In this document: positions 50,215-59,341 of the stretch, one piece after another
How positions within the stretch are numbered: position 1 is the stretch's first letter
Layout of the letters: each line of letters starts with the position of its first letter
DNA from: Alphaproteobacteria bacterium
GTDB taxonomy: Bacteria; Pseudomonadota; Alphaproteobacteria; MPNO01; UBA830
DNA length: 64,000 nt
Assembly (NCBI GenBank): GCA_965243135.1
Contig: OZ251539.1
Location: 2,944,001 to 3,008,000, forward strand
Direction of reading: 5' to 3'
Program-made: the position numbers and the translations under genes
Notes under the pieces: model-generated
Databases searched by the model: none
What the model was told of the DNA's origin: nothing
What the model saw: the letters and a program-made list of their open reading frames with translations, nothing else

Positions 50215-50251
50215 CCCCATGCAACCAGTAGTGGTGAGATATCCGGGTTAG
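50215..50251 (-). mobile_element. Isolated IS1380 left-end copy
   Basis: 37-bp exact reverse complement of 554-590. Confidence 0.8.
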
Positions 50252-50439
50252 CTTGTTCCGTCCCCTTTCTCCATATGTTGTGGTTCAACAGCATCAACGG
50301 GATGCCGCCGGAGAGGAGCCACATCGCAGTTGAGAGCCGTTTGCGCTCTGCCATTTTTTGTCGGCCTGCCGCCCGGCCGACGCCCCGCGAACCGCTCCGC
50401 CCGCCGGCGGCCCGCAAGGGCCTCGCGGGTGCTCGGTCT

Positions 50440-50730
50440 TCAGAACAAACGCTCATGATCGGCGCCTGCTCGCCCCGTAGCAGGTAACTGGTTGTTTTGC
50501 TGGCGTCGCGCCGCAAACCCGGTGCAAGCCGGGCCGTGGCCTGAACGCAGGCGGCCAGGGGCGGCGCCCGGCCGGCCGTGGGGTGGAATCTGCGAAAATC
50601 GCGGTCCCGGTGCGGAGAATTCGCAGTTTTCCGTACCCGAGGAAAAATTCGGTACTCCTGAAAGCTGTCCGCATTTCAAGGCGTTGCGGACAGCACACGC
50701 GGCTCGTTGATTAGGGAGCTTGTGAACACA
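50440..50730 (+). mobile_element. Possible non-autonomous IS110 derivative
   Basis: 50444-50510 closely matches the reverse complement of the IS110 left end (about 53117-53183); ends in GTGAACAC, similar to the GTTACAC right ends. Confidence 0.45.
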
Positions 50731-50833
50731 TATAGGCTATGCTACAATATTTCAGATCTTGCATGAAGCTTGAGTGAAAAGCAAAAGCTTGGTCTGCATT
50801 GCGCTTGAGAAGGCATGCTATGGGGGTGTAGCC

Positions 50834-51442
50834 ATGAAGAAAACGGTAAGTACAAAGACCAAACCAGAGATTTTCATCGTTGAGTCGCTTAGTCTAGATG
50901 ATGAGAACCGTGGACGCCAAGAAGGAGACATTATTTCCCGTCTACTGCATATTGCAGGTAAGACCAAAACAAAATACTACTACATTCGAACGCGTCAAGA
51001 GCTAGAAAAGATACTCGATATCTTCGGCAAATCAAATTATCGATATTTGCATATTTCCTGTCATGCCGACTCGAAGAGCATGTACACTACGCTTGATAAA
51101 GTGTCTTACACAGATCTGGGAAAAATGCTAAGGCCGTACCTGAATAAGAGGCGTATATTTGTTTCAGCTTGTAAAATGGCGAATTACCGTCTAGCCAAAG
51201 AGCTGTTTTATGACACTAACTGTTATTCGCTTATTGGACCAGAAATCGACATAAAATACGCTGATGCTGCTACTTTCTGGATCTCGTTCTACCATCTGAT
51301 GTTCAAGAAGAATGAAGCAAAAATGAGTCGAGAAAACATGAAAGAGTGCGTAAAAAATCTATCCAAACTGTATAATGTAAAAATCAGTTATTTTGCCGCG
51401 AGCAAAATGCAAGAGAAAAATTTCGTGCGAGTCAAAATGTAA
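50834..51442 (+). CDS. Low-GC caspase/CHAT-like (clan CD) single-domain protein
   Basis: YLHISCHA and IFVSACK match the His/Cys dyad pattern; markedly AT-rich relative to its flanks. Confidence 0.55.
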   Translation: MKKTVSTKTKPEIFIVESLSLDDENRGRQEGDIISRLLHIAGKTKTKYYYIRTRQELEKILDIFGKSNYRYLHISCHADSKSMYTTLDKVSYTDLGKMLRPYLNKRRIFVSACKMANYRLAKELFYDTNCYSLIGPEIDIKYADAATFWISFYHLMFKKNEAKMSRENMKECVKNLSKLYNVKISYFAASKMQEKNFVRVKM

Positions 51443-51523
51443 GCGTATGCTCATGGGATGACTCTTGCTTATTAGAATATTCCCTGCAGGTAAGAGTACG
51501 CTCGTGCAGCGACGATTTATGCT

Positions 51524-53183
51524 GTGTAACTACCCCCGATCTGCCGGCCGCACAAAGCCGTTCCGCGAGATTTTTTCGCGGCGGCGTTCGCCGTTCGGAG
51601 ATTTTGCGGCGCTGAGGGCTGCCCCGTAACGCCCTGTCTTTACGCCGCGCTGCCTGGACCCGGAACGGCTATGTCGCGGCGCTCAGGCCGCCTGTCGCGC
51701 TCGCGGCACCCGTGCTCTTGGTGCCCGTGTCCGTGCCGCCCGTTGCTGCTTGACATGCAGGCGACCTTCTTCGTCCTGCGATGTTGTACATTTCGAGCAT
51801 CCAGCGAGGAGCGTTGCGCTTCACCGCCTGGTAGTCGGTCTCGGGGTCGCGGTAAGGCTTGCCGGTCCTAAGGACGCAGTAGACCACGCGAAGCAGCTTG
51901 TGCGCAGTGGCGACGATGGCGCGTTCCGCAGCGGACCTGAAGCGCCTTATGGTAGCCTTGGAATTGACAGTTGGCGGTTCGCGCGGCGCCGTGCGCACAC
52001 CAACACCAACACCCTGCGCAGCGTTGGGTTGCCCCTGCGGCTTCGTCCGCTGCGTCGCTTGCCGGCGCTTTTGTCGTTGCCGGGACAGACGCCCGACCAG
52101 GCGGCGCAGCGGATGGAGGAACCGAACACGCCGATGTCGGGGCCAAGCTCTATAGCGCACGCCGATTCCCTGCCCGGGGATCGTCTGCAAGAGAAGAAGC
52201 TGCTTCTCGAAGCTGTCGAGGCCTTCCGAGTCTATCGTAGCATGCGATCTTCTGACTCGCATAGTCGTGGCAATCGAGCAGGTCGCCTTGCCGACTGTAC
52301 GGGTCGAGGTTGTAAGCGAGAGCTTCGCGTATCGCGTTTGTCGGCAACATGGCGGGACAGCGACGCGACGATCTCCTCCCGAGGCTCTTCGGCGACTATT
52401 CCGCGAAGAATGCGCATCCCGTTGACGCCGAACACGTCCGAGAGCACTCCGCCGATGCCGTCGCGGTCCAGGATCTTGTGAACGCGGTTGCGCAGCCGGG
52501 CGCAGTCGTCGATCATCCGCCGGGCGGCTCAGCACGCGTAGACGCCGGAACTCTCGCGGCAGGACCAGACTCGGAGCCGCCAGACCGAATTGGCAGGTCA
52601 GCCACATGCTGTCGGCGACATCGGTTTTCCGGCCCCTGCTTGACGTGCTGCGCGTGCAACAGGTCGACGCCGGCGTCTTCCAGCGCGGAAGTTCCCAAGC
52701 CGGTCGCCTCCATCGCCGCGGCGGTCACGCCGTGACCACGCAACCACGCCACGAGATCGCGCATTCCGCTCTCCAGGGTGCCGAAAGCTTCGGTCTCGGT
52801 CTCGCCGCCCTCCGGCGAACACACGTCGCAGTGATCTCCATCTTGTGGACGTCCAGACCCGCCGCACGCGGGTGGACGACATGCATTTTGTCGGTTAGCA
52901 TCGACGCCTCCATGTGAGAGTTGGCGGGTGCGGGGGACCTTCGGAACGCAAGTCACGCACCGGTTCGGCCATTTTGCTGTACGTCCACAGCGCGGGGCCG
53001 GGAACAGTACGGGGCTCGAGGCCGTCGGCACAGTTTGTTTTCGGGAAACCAGCGTTCACCGCAAAAAAATCGTCCACGTGCCCGCCAACAGTCTAACCCA
53101 ATGATCGTCGGGCAGGCACGACGCCAGCAAAACCACCAGTTACATGCTACGGGGCGAGCAGGCTCCGATCATGAGAGTTTGTT
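51524..53183 (-). mobile_element. IS110-family element with frameshifted recombinase and a ~270-bp upstream non-coding end
   Basis: AAGLDVHK, AAMEATG, LSDVFGVNG, CPGNDKSAGKR, ATAHKLLR; GTGTAAC at 51524 and 53184. Confidence 0.88.
52915..53110 (-). ncRNA. Putative IS110 bridge-RNA region
   Basis: Lies in the left non-coding end upstream of the recombinase, as known for IS110-group elements. Structure not computed; boundaries approximate. Confidence 0.4.
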
Positions 53184-54109
53184 GTGTAACTAACCCGAGC
53201 TGCCGGCCGCACGAAACCGTTCCGCGAATCGAAGATTTTTTTGCGGCGGAACTTGCCGTTCGGAGGTCTCGGGATTGCGGCGCTGAGGGCTGCCCCGTAT
53301 AGCCCTGTCTTCGCGCCGCGCCGCTTGAACGCGGAACGGTTATGTCGGCGCACGATAGCGGCTGGACGACTGTGCTCGACTGCGCAACCGCAAATCTTGG
53401 ATCGTGACAGCATCCGCATCGGCGGATTGCTCTCGGATGTGTTCGGCGTCAACTGCATCCTTCGTGGAGGCAATGAGACACAGAGCGTCGCATCTCTCTC
53501 GCCATGTCGCTGCCAAATACCATATATTAGAAGAGGTTCTTGTCTACGACCTCGCAGTCGGCAAGTCCTGAGCGACCTGCTCGACTGTTATGAGTTTTCG
53601 AATAAGAAGATTGCACACTGACTCATCTGGGAAGGCTTCAAGGACTTTGAGTAGGAGGTTTTTCTTCTGCATTCCGGAATCGATAAGGAATCGGCCCGCG
53701 CCATACTATCGAACTCGGGCCCGACATCGTCTGCTCCGCCTACCGTTGCGCCACTTGGTCGGGTATCTGTCCCGGCAGAAGCGCCGGAAAACATGGTCGG
53801 AAGGGCGATCCGATGCTATGCACAAACTGCGTCGTGTGAGTGTTCTTCGATGCCCTATCGGGATCCTGAAATCGACTACGAGGTGATGAAACGGAACGCT
53901 CCTCTCTAGTTGCTCCAGATACATCGTCGAGCAGGATGATGAAGGCCGTATGCGTGTGAAACGGGCGGCAGCGTAACGTTGTGACATAACCGTTCTTGGG
54001 AAGGGGCAGAACAGAGAGTACGGGGCAGTCTCGCACTCCCAACGCTTGGACGCACCGCGAAAAGCCGTTGATTCGCCGATAATATGACCAACTGTGGAGA
54101 TTGTTACAC
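53184..54109. mobile_element. Second IS110 right end (minus, 53184-53360) and an inverted degenerate IS110 (plus, about 53364-54109)
   Basis: 53184-53345 resembles 51524-51675; ILDRDSIRIGGLLSDVFGVN on the plus strand; ends GTTACAC at 54103-54109. Confidence 0.75.
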
Positions 54110-54165
54110 GTCAAAGAAGCGTCGGCCGAAGCAACTTGAAGAGCTCAGTCGGCGGGCCGCTGGTC

Positions 54166-54375
54166 TTACGCAGAGTTCTCTGGCAGATGGTTCGGATCCC
54201 ATGACCACTCGGCGACCACGAGGTCCGCCAACTCCGCGCAGGACGACACCGCCGTCATCCCGCTGGCGTGCCACCGGACGACGGCGTCATGCCCGCGGAT
54301 TTCGACCACCTCGCCGTGATCGTCCCACTCGCCGCCCTCGAAGATCTGCACCTTCGTCCCGATGTCGAACTTCAT
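54166..54375 (-). CDS. Small SH3/Tudor-like beta-barrel protein (69 aa)
   Basis: MKFDIGTKVQI...GEVVEIRGHDAVVRW; RBS GAGG just after the ardC stop. Confidence 0.6.
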   Translation of the reverse strand: MKFDIGTKVQIFEGGEWDDHGEVVEIRGHDAVVRWHASGMTAVSSCAELADLVVAEWSWDPNHLPENSA

Positions 54376-54391
54376 TTCCGCCTCTCCCCGC

Positions 54392-55750
54392 CTACGCCGA
54401 AACGCCGTAGCTTCGGGCGTGCGCCCGCTGCGCCGCCCGCTCGGCGTTCTTTTCTTCGAGGGCATTCTGCCGCTCCGTTCCTTCCTTTCCGGCGCTCCGC
54501 TCGCCCCGGAACAGGTCGTTGCCGGTTCTGCTGATGCGGTCGCCGGCTTCGAGCGCGACGGTCCCCTCGGAATTCCGGACGAGGAGGCTAACCGCATCTT
54601 CGCCCGCGTCGTCGGCGTCGACCACGAAATCCTCGACCACGGCCTCGACCGTGCGCCGGCCAGCGACCGAGGGCCACGGCCCGGTGCGGACCTCTTCGGT
54701 CCACCGGATCAGGTCGCCGCGGACGATGTCGTCCGGTCCCGCCAAAGCGTGCGCCGGGACGCCCCGGAACAGTTCCCCCTGCACCGCAGGCTCCGTGGTC
54801 ACCGACGGCGTCGCTCCCACCGCGACCGTCTCTTCCCGGGTTTCCTCCAAGGTCTCCGTCCGCCGGTAACCTTCGGTCAGCCCGTTCAGGAACTCGGCCG
54901 CCTTCGCGGCGTGCGACGCCGCCGTGAAGAATGCTTTCTTGTCGTCCTTCATCACCGCCATCCAAGCGCCGATGTAGGCCGCATGGTCCTCGCGCACCTC
55001 CGGCGCGATCCCCGTCTCGGCGCCGACGAAGGCGGAACCCAGCTCGGCCGTCAGCTCCTCCATCGCGTAGCCGTTGTCGCCGAAGCGCTTCTGCCCGAAA
55101 TTCCGGTCCAGACGGTCCGGATGCCGCGTCCAGTGGGTGATCTCGTGCATCGCCGTCGCGTAGTAGCCGAGCGGCTCCCGGAACGCCGCGAAGGACGGCA
55201 ACTGAACGTAATCGCCGGCCGGGCTGTAGTAAGCCTTGTCGCCGCCGTGCCGCAGTTCCACGCCGGTCGCCTGGAGCCACGCCTCCGCCCCCTCGATCCG
55301 CGCCGCCGGGCTCATCTCCTCCGACTTCCGCTCGTAGTACTGTTGCGGCAGGCCGTCGATCTGGGCGACGTTGAAGACGGTGTAGCCCTTCATGACCGGA
55401 ACTTCCTTCTCCTCCTCGATTCCGGTCTCGGGATCGACCTCCTTCTTCGTCCAGGTCTTGGCGAAGGTGACGAGGACGCCCTTTTCGCCCTTGCGGACAT
55501 TGCCGCCGAGTTCCTGCGCCTGACGGTAGGTCATCCAGGTGGGCTTGTCGTAGCCGCGCTCGGAGGCGGCGGACCAGAGGAGAACGACGTTGGTGCCGCG
55601 GTAGGGTTCGCCGTTGTGGCGGAGGGGCAGGGTCGGAGCCGGCTTCTCCGCCTCGACGCCGGTCTCCCACGGCCGCTGCCACGGGCGCACGCCTTTTTCG
55701 AGCTGCGCCAGGATCGTATCGGTGACCTCCTGGTAGATGTCTCTCGCCAT
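54392..55750 (-). CDS. ardC: ArdC antirestriction ssDNA-binding protein with an extra C-terminal domain
   Basis: PWQRPW, YRGTN, WMTYRQA, VRKGEKG, YTVFNVAQ, HEITHWT, YAMEELTAELGSA. Confidence 0.92.
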   Translation of the reverse strand: MARDIYQEVTDTILAQLEKGVRPWQRPWETGVEAEKPAPTLPLRHNGEPYRGTNVVLLWSAASERGYDKPTWMTYRQAQELGGNVRKGEKGVLVTFAKTWTKKEVDPETGIEEEKEVPVMKGYTVFNVAQIDGLPQQYYERKSEEMSPAARIEGAEAWLQATGVELRHGGDKAYYSPAGDYVQLPSFAAFREPLGYYATAMHEITHWTRHPDRLDRNFGQKRFGDNGYAMEELTAELGSAFVGAETGIAPEVREDHAAYIGAWMAVMKDDKKAFFTAASHAAKAAEFLNGLTEGYRRTETLEETREETVAVGATPSVTTEPAVQGELFRGVPAHALAGPDDIVRGDLIRWTEEVRTGPWPSVAGRRTVEAVVEDFVVDADDAGEDAVSLLVRNSEGTVALEAGDRISRTGNDLFRGERSAGKEGTERQNALEEKNAERAAQRAHARSYGVSA

Positions 55751-55937
55751 CGACTCCCTCTTTCCGGCCCGCGGCGCGAACGGGACGAGGGAAACTACTA
55801 CGCTCTTCCGGCGACAGAAAAAAGGTTTGCAACCGGTCGCCGGAACCCGTGCGCCCCGCCCGCGGCGTCTGCGAAGTTTCGCGAAACCGGCGAATCCGTT
55901 CGTTGCGCGCAGACCTCTGTCCGCGCCGCGGCGACCG

Positions 55938-56858
55938 TCACTCGTTCTCGGTCTTGGCCCGCCACTCTTCCGCCATGCGTTGCGCGCGCCCGAGTTCCGA
56001 TTTCGACAGACGCCCCGCGATGCCATCGCGCAACTCGACGGCCTTCTCGCGTTCCTCGCCGGCCAGCCGGGAGGCGGCCAGGTTCATCCATACATGCGCT
56101 CGAAGGTAGTTCTGGGGAACGCCCACGCCGAGGAAGTACATGCTCCCAAGCCTGCGCTGAGCCCCGGTGTGTCCCTGTTCGGCGGCGCGGCGGGACCACT
56201 TCGCCGCCTCGGCGGCGTCCTCTGCAACGCCCTCGCCGCTGGTGTACATGATCCCGAGGTTGAACTGAGCTTCGGCGTGTCCCTGCTCGGCGGCGCGGCG
56301 ATACCACTTCGCAGCCTCCGCAGCGTCCTCTGCAACGCCCTCGCCGCTGGTGTACATGATCCCGAGGATGAACTGAGCCTTGGCGTGTCCCTGTTCGGCG
56401 GCGCGGCGATACCACTTCGCAGCCTCGACCACGTCCGCCGCAACGCCCTTGCCGAGATTGTACATGCCCCCGAGCCTGAGCTGAGCTACGGCGAAACCCT
56501 GTTCAGCAGCACGGCGGTACCACTTCACAGCCTCGGCGTCATCCTCCGCAACGCCCTCGCCGATGGCGTACATGTGCCCGAGGAGAAACTGAGCGCCGAC
56601 GTCCCCCTGTTCGGCGGCGCGGCGATACCATTTCGCCGCCTCGGCGTCGTCCTTCGGGACGCCCTGGCCGTTGTCGTACATGAGCCCGAGCCAGGACTGA
56701 GCATAAGCGTTTCCCTGTTTGGCCAGCCGTTGAAAGCCGCGCAAGGCCGTTGCGTAATCGCCACGATCATAGGCCGCCTGGGACTCTTCGAACGTCTGGG
56801 CTGTCGCCGACGCGGCAAACGTCGCCAAGACGAGCGCAAGTACAAGGAAAATCTTCAT
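55938..56858 (-). CDS. Secreted Sel1-repeat protein
   Basis: Signal peptide MKIFLVLALVLATFAASATA; five to six 36-aa repeats (AAKWYRRAAEQG.A.AQ..LG.MY..G.GV). Confidence 0.92.
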   Translation of the reverse strand: MKIFLVLALVLATFAASATAQTFEESQAAYDRGDYATALRGFQRLAKQGNAYAQSWLGLMYDNGQGVPKDDAEAAKWYRRAAEQGDVGAQFLLGHMYAIGEGVAEDDAEAVKWYRRAAEQGFAVAQLRLGGMYNLGKGVAADVVEAAKWYRRAAEQGHAKAQFILGIMYTSGEGVAEDAAEAAKWYRRAAEQGHAEAQFNLGIMYTSGEGVAEDAAEAAKWSRRAAEQGHTGAQRRLGSMYFLGVGVPQNYLRAHVWMNLAASRLAGEEREKAVELRDGIAGRLSKSELGRAQRMAEEWRAKTENE

Positions 56859-57126
56859 CGGCCGACTGCCTCCCGTGCGCGCGTCCAGGCGAATCGTCCC
56901 ACGATAACCCGCGCCGTTGCCGAAACCAAACCGCCCCGCAACGACCGCTTTCCCGAACGCCGGCCGACCGCCGCAGGTCGCGATTGACAGGCCGGCCGGC
57001 GGGATGCAGGATTCGTCCATGAACGTCTGGCCCGATTGACCGGAGCGCGGACTTGCTTCCGCCGCCGCCCCGGTGCGCCTCCCGGACCCGCCCGGGAAGC
57101 CACCGCATCCTGGGCGCCCGCCCGCC

Positions 57127-57783
57127 GTGAGCGAACGCCCCTGGACGCAGGCCAGGTTTCGGGCCTTCGCCGCCGTCGCTTTCGGATCCTCCCTCGATCC
57201 GGTGCGCGACCTCGCGGAAGCCCTCTCCATCCCCTTGTGGGCCGCCCGCGGCTGGGCGTCCGGCGAGAACCCGATCCCGACCGAACGAAGCCGAAGGTTC
57301 GCGGAATTCTACCGCCGCGCCACCCGGCAGATCGCGCATTTTCGCCGCGAAGCATGGCTGTACGCGTTCAGCCCGCTGGACGAGGCCGGCGAGTCGCGGA
57401 AGTACGTCGTCCACCTCGACGATCCGCCGACGGTGACCGCCATCCGGGAAGACGGATCCCCCTCCCCGGGACCGCCCGGCGAATGGCTGCTCGCGCACGG
57501 CGATGACCCGGACGAGGAGGGCGGCTACCGCCAGTATCTGATCCACTTCCCCACGCCGCAATTCGTGTGCCGGGTCGTGACCTGCGGCCTGGACGGCAAG
57601 GCGTTCGCCTGGGAAGGCGAAGTCGACGGCGTGACCGGGATCCGCTGGCGAGCCGATTCCGACATCCTGTTCTGCGAATTCCAGTGGATCGACCCGGCAC
57701 CCGAACCCGAGGTTCTGCTCGAACTGCTGCAGGTCGCGGGAGACATTCAGATGGACGACGCCGCGCGGAACGCCCGCCGCTGA
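57127..57783 (+). CDS. Hypothetical protein with an N-terminal HTH-like motif
   Basis: VRDLAEALSIPLWAARGWASGENPIP; start uncertain. Confidence 0.55.
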   Translation: MSERPWTQARFRAFAAVAFGSSLDPVRDLAEALSIPLWAARGWASGENPIPTERSRRFAEFYRRATRQIAHFRREAWLYAFSPLDEAGESRKYVVHLDDPPTVTAIREDGSPSPGPPGEWLLAHGDDPDEEGGYRQYLIHFPTPQFVCRVVTCGLDGKAFAWEGEVDGVTGIRWRADSDILFCEFQWIDPAPEPEVLLELLQVAGDIQMDDAARNARR

Positions 57784-57814
57784 CGAGCGCTCCGCGCGCC
57801 GGAAACGCGTCGGT

Positions 57815-59341
57815 TCATTCGATCGCGAAGGCGATCATGGCGTCGACCCGCGGATGCAGCCGAAGCTCGAACGTCTTGCTTCCGCGGTGCACTTCCAATT
57901 CGATGCGATCGACCAGTTCCCGGAACCGCAGCAGGGCCTCCTTTCGGGTCTCGTTCTTCGCGGCGGCTTCGGCGAGGCGATCGAGGTTGGCCTTCAGGTT
58001 CCCGAGCAAGGCCTCCGGCGACCGAACCTCGGGGCGGGACATGGAGTCCAGTTCCATCTTCCGGACGGCGACCGATCGCTCCAGCTCGTCGATGCGCCGG
58101 TTCACGGCGCCGGGACGGCGTCCTCCCTGCTCGATGCTGTCGAGCAGGTGGGCGATCTTGCTTTCCCCGTCTTCGATTTCGCTGGTTGCGATCCGCCGCC
58201 TTTCCTCGAGTTCCCTGACCGCCGCGGCGATCAGCGCCCGGCCTTCGTCCCAGCGCTCCGCCCATCGGATCGCCTCCTGGATCGCCCGATTCTCGACCTT
58301 CCTCACCGCCGCGTGGCCGATGGCGTCGCAACCCATCCGCTGGGACCGCGACTTGCAGAAATAATTTTCGCCGGCCATGACCCACATCGCGCCGCCGCAT
58401 TGCGAGCAAACGAGCCTCGCGGTCAGCGGATTGGGAATGCGCTTTCCTCGGCCCCTGGACCGGTCGGCGCCCGCCCGCCGCCGCAGCTGCACCCGGTGCC
58501 AGAGATCCTCGTCGACGATCTGCAGGCTTGGCATTTCCTTGACGATCCAGTCGCTCTCCGGATTGTGGCGCGGCTGCGGCTGATTCGTGACCGGGTCCGT
58601 CACCGTGCGCGTGCGGCCGTACACGGCGAGACCCCGGTACATCGCATTGTTGAGCACCCCGCTTCCCAGATTCCTCTGACCGTTGATGGAGTTCTGGTTC
58701 CACAGCTGTCCGCGCGGCCCCGGAACGCCTTCCTCGTTGAGGGTGAACGCGATCCTGCTCGGGGTCGCGCCATCGGCGTACATGCGAAAGATTCTCCGCA
58801 CGATTTCCGCTTCCTCGGGAACGATCGTGCGCTTTCCGCGCGGCTCGTCGGGACGGCGGGGCGGGATTTCGTAGCCGTAACCCGGCGGCCCCTGCATGCG
58901 GCCGCGGTGCACGGCGCCCTGCTTGCCCCGCCGCGTCTTGTGCGAGAGAGCCGTGAGAAAGGCCTCGTTGATGATCCCCTTGAGCCCGACGTGCATGGAC
59001 GTGATCTCTCCCTCTTCGCAGGTGAACAGCTCGATCTCGTGGAAGGTCAGGCGCTTGTAGATTTGGATCGTATCGGCCTGATCCCGGCTGAGGCGGTCGA
59101 GCGCCTCCGCCCAGACCACGTCGAATTCGCCGCGCTCCGCCGCGTCCATCAGCTGGGCCAGCCCGTCCCGCCAACGCGTGCTCGCGCCCGAAAGCGCCCT
59201 GTCGGTGAACGTGGCCACGACCACGTCGCCGCATTCCTCGATCCGCCTCCTGCACAACGCGATCTGGTCCTCGATCGACCTCGGATTCTGCGAGAACGAC
59301 GAGTAACGGGCGTAAATCGCCGCGCGCTTGGGTTGCTTCAT
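57815..59341 (-). CDS. Large serine recombinase (integrase)
   Basis: AIYARYSS catalytic Ser, LDRLSRD, PGYGY, recombinase domain, CSQCGG...C zinc ribbon, coiled coil. Confidence 0.93.
   Translation of the reverse strand: MKQPKRAAIYARYSSFSQNPRSIEDQIALCRRRIEECGDVVVATFTDRALSGASTRWRDGLAQLMDAAERGEFDVVWAEALDRLSRDQADTIQIYKRLTFHEIELFTCEEGEITSMHVGLKGIINEAFLTALSHKTRRGKQGAVHRGRMQGPPGYGYEIPPRRPDEPRGKRTIVPEEAEIVRRIFRMYADGATPSRIAFTLNEEGVPGPRGQLWNQNSINGQRNLGSGVLNNAMYRGLAVYGRTRTVTDPVTNQPQPRHNPESDWIVKEMPSLQIVDEDLWHRVQLRRRAGADRSRGRGKRIPNPLTARLVCSQCGGAMWVMAGENYFCKSRSQRMGCDAIGHAAVRKVENRAIQEAIRWAERWDEGRALIAAAVRELEERRRIATSEIEDGESKIAHLLDSIEQGGRRPGAVNRRIDELERSVAVRKMELDSMSRPEVRSPEALLGNLKANLDRLAEAAAKNETRKEALLRFRELVDRIELEVHRGSKTFELRLHPRVDAMIAFAIE

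Noticed and set aside
54110-54145. GTCAAAGAAGCGTCGG vs GTCAAGAAGTCGG (62926) as att sites
   Set aside because: Too short and gapped to distinguish from chance.
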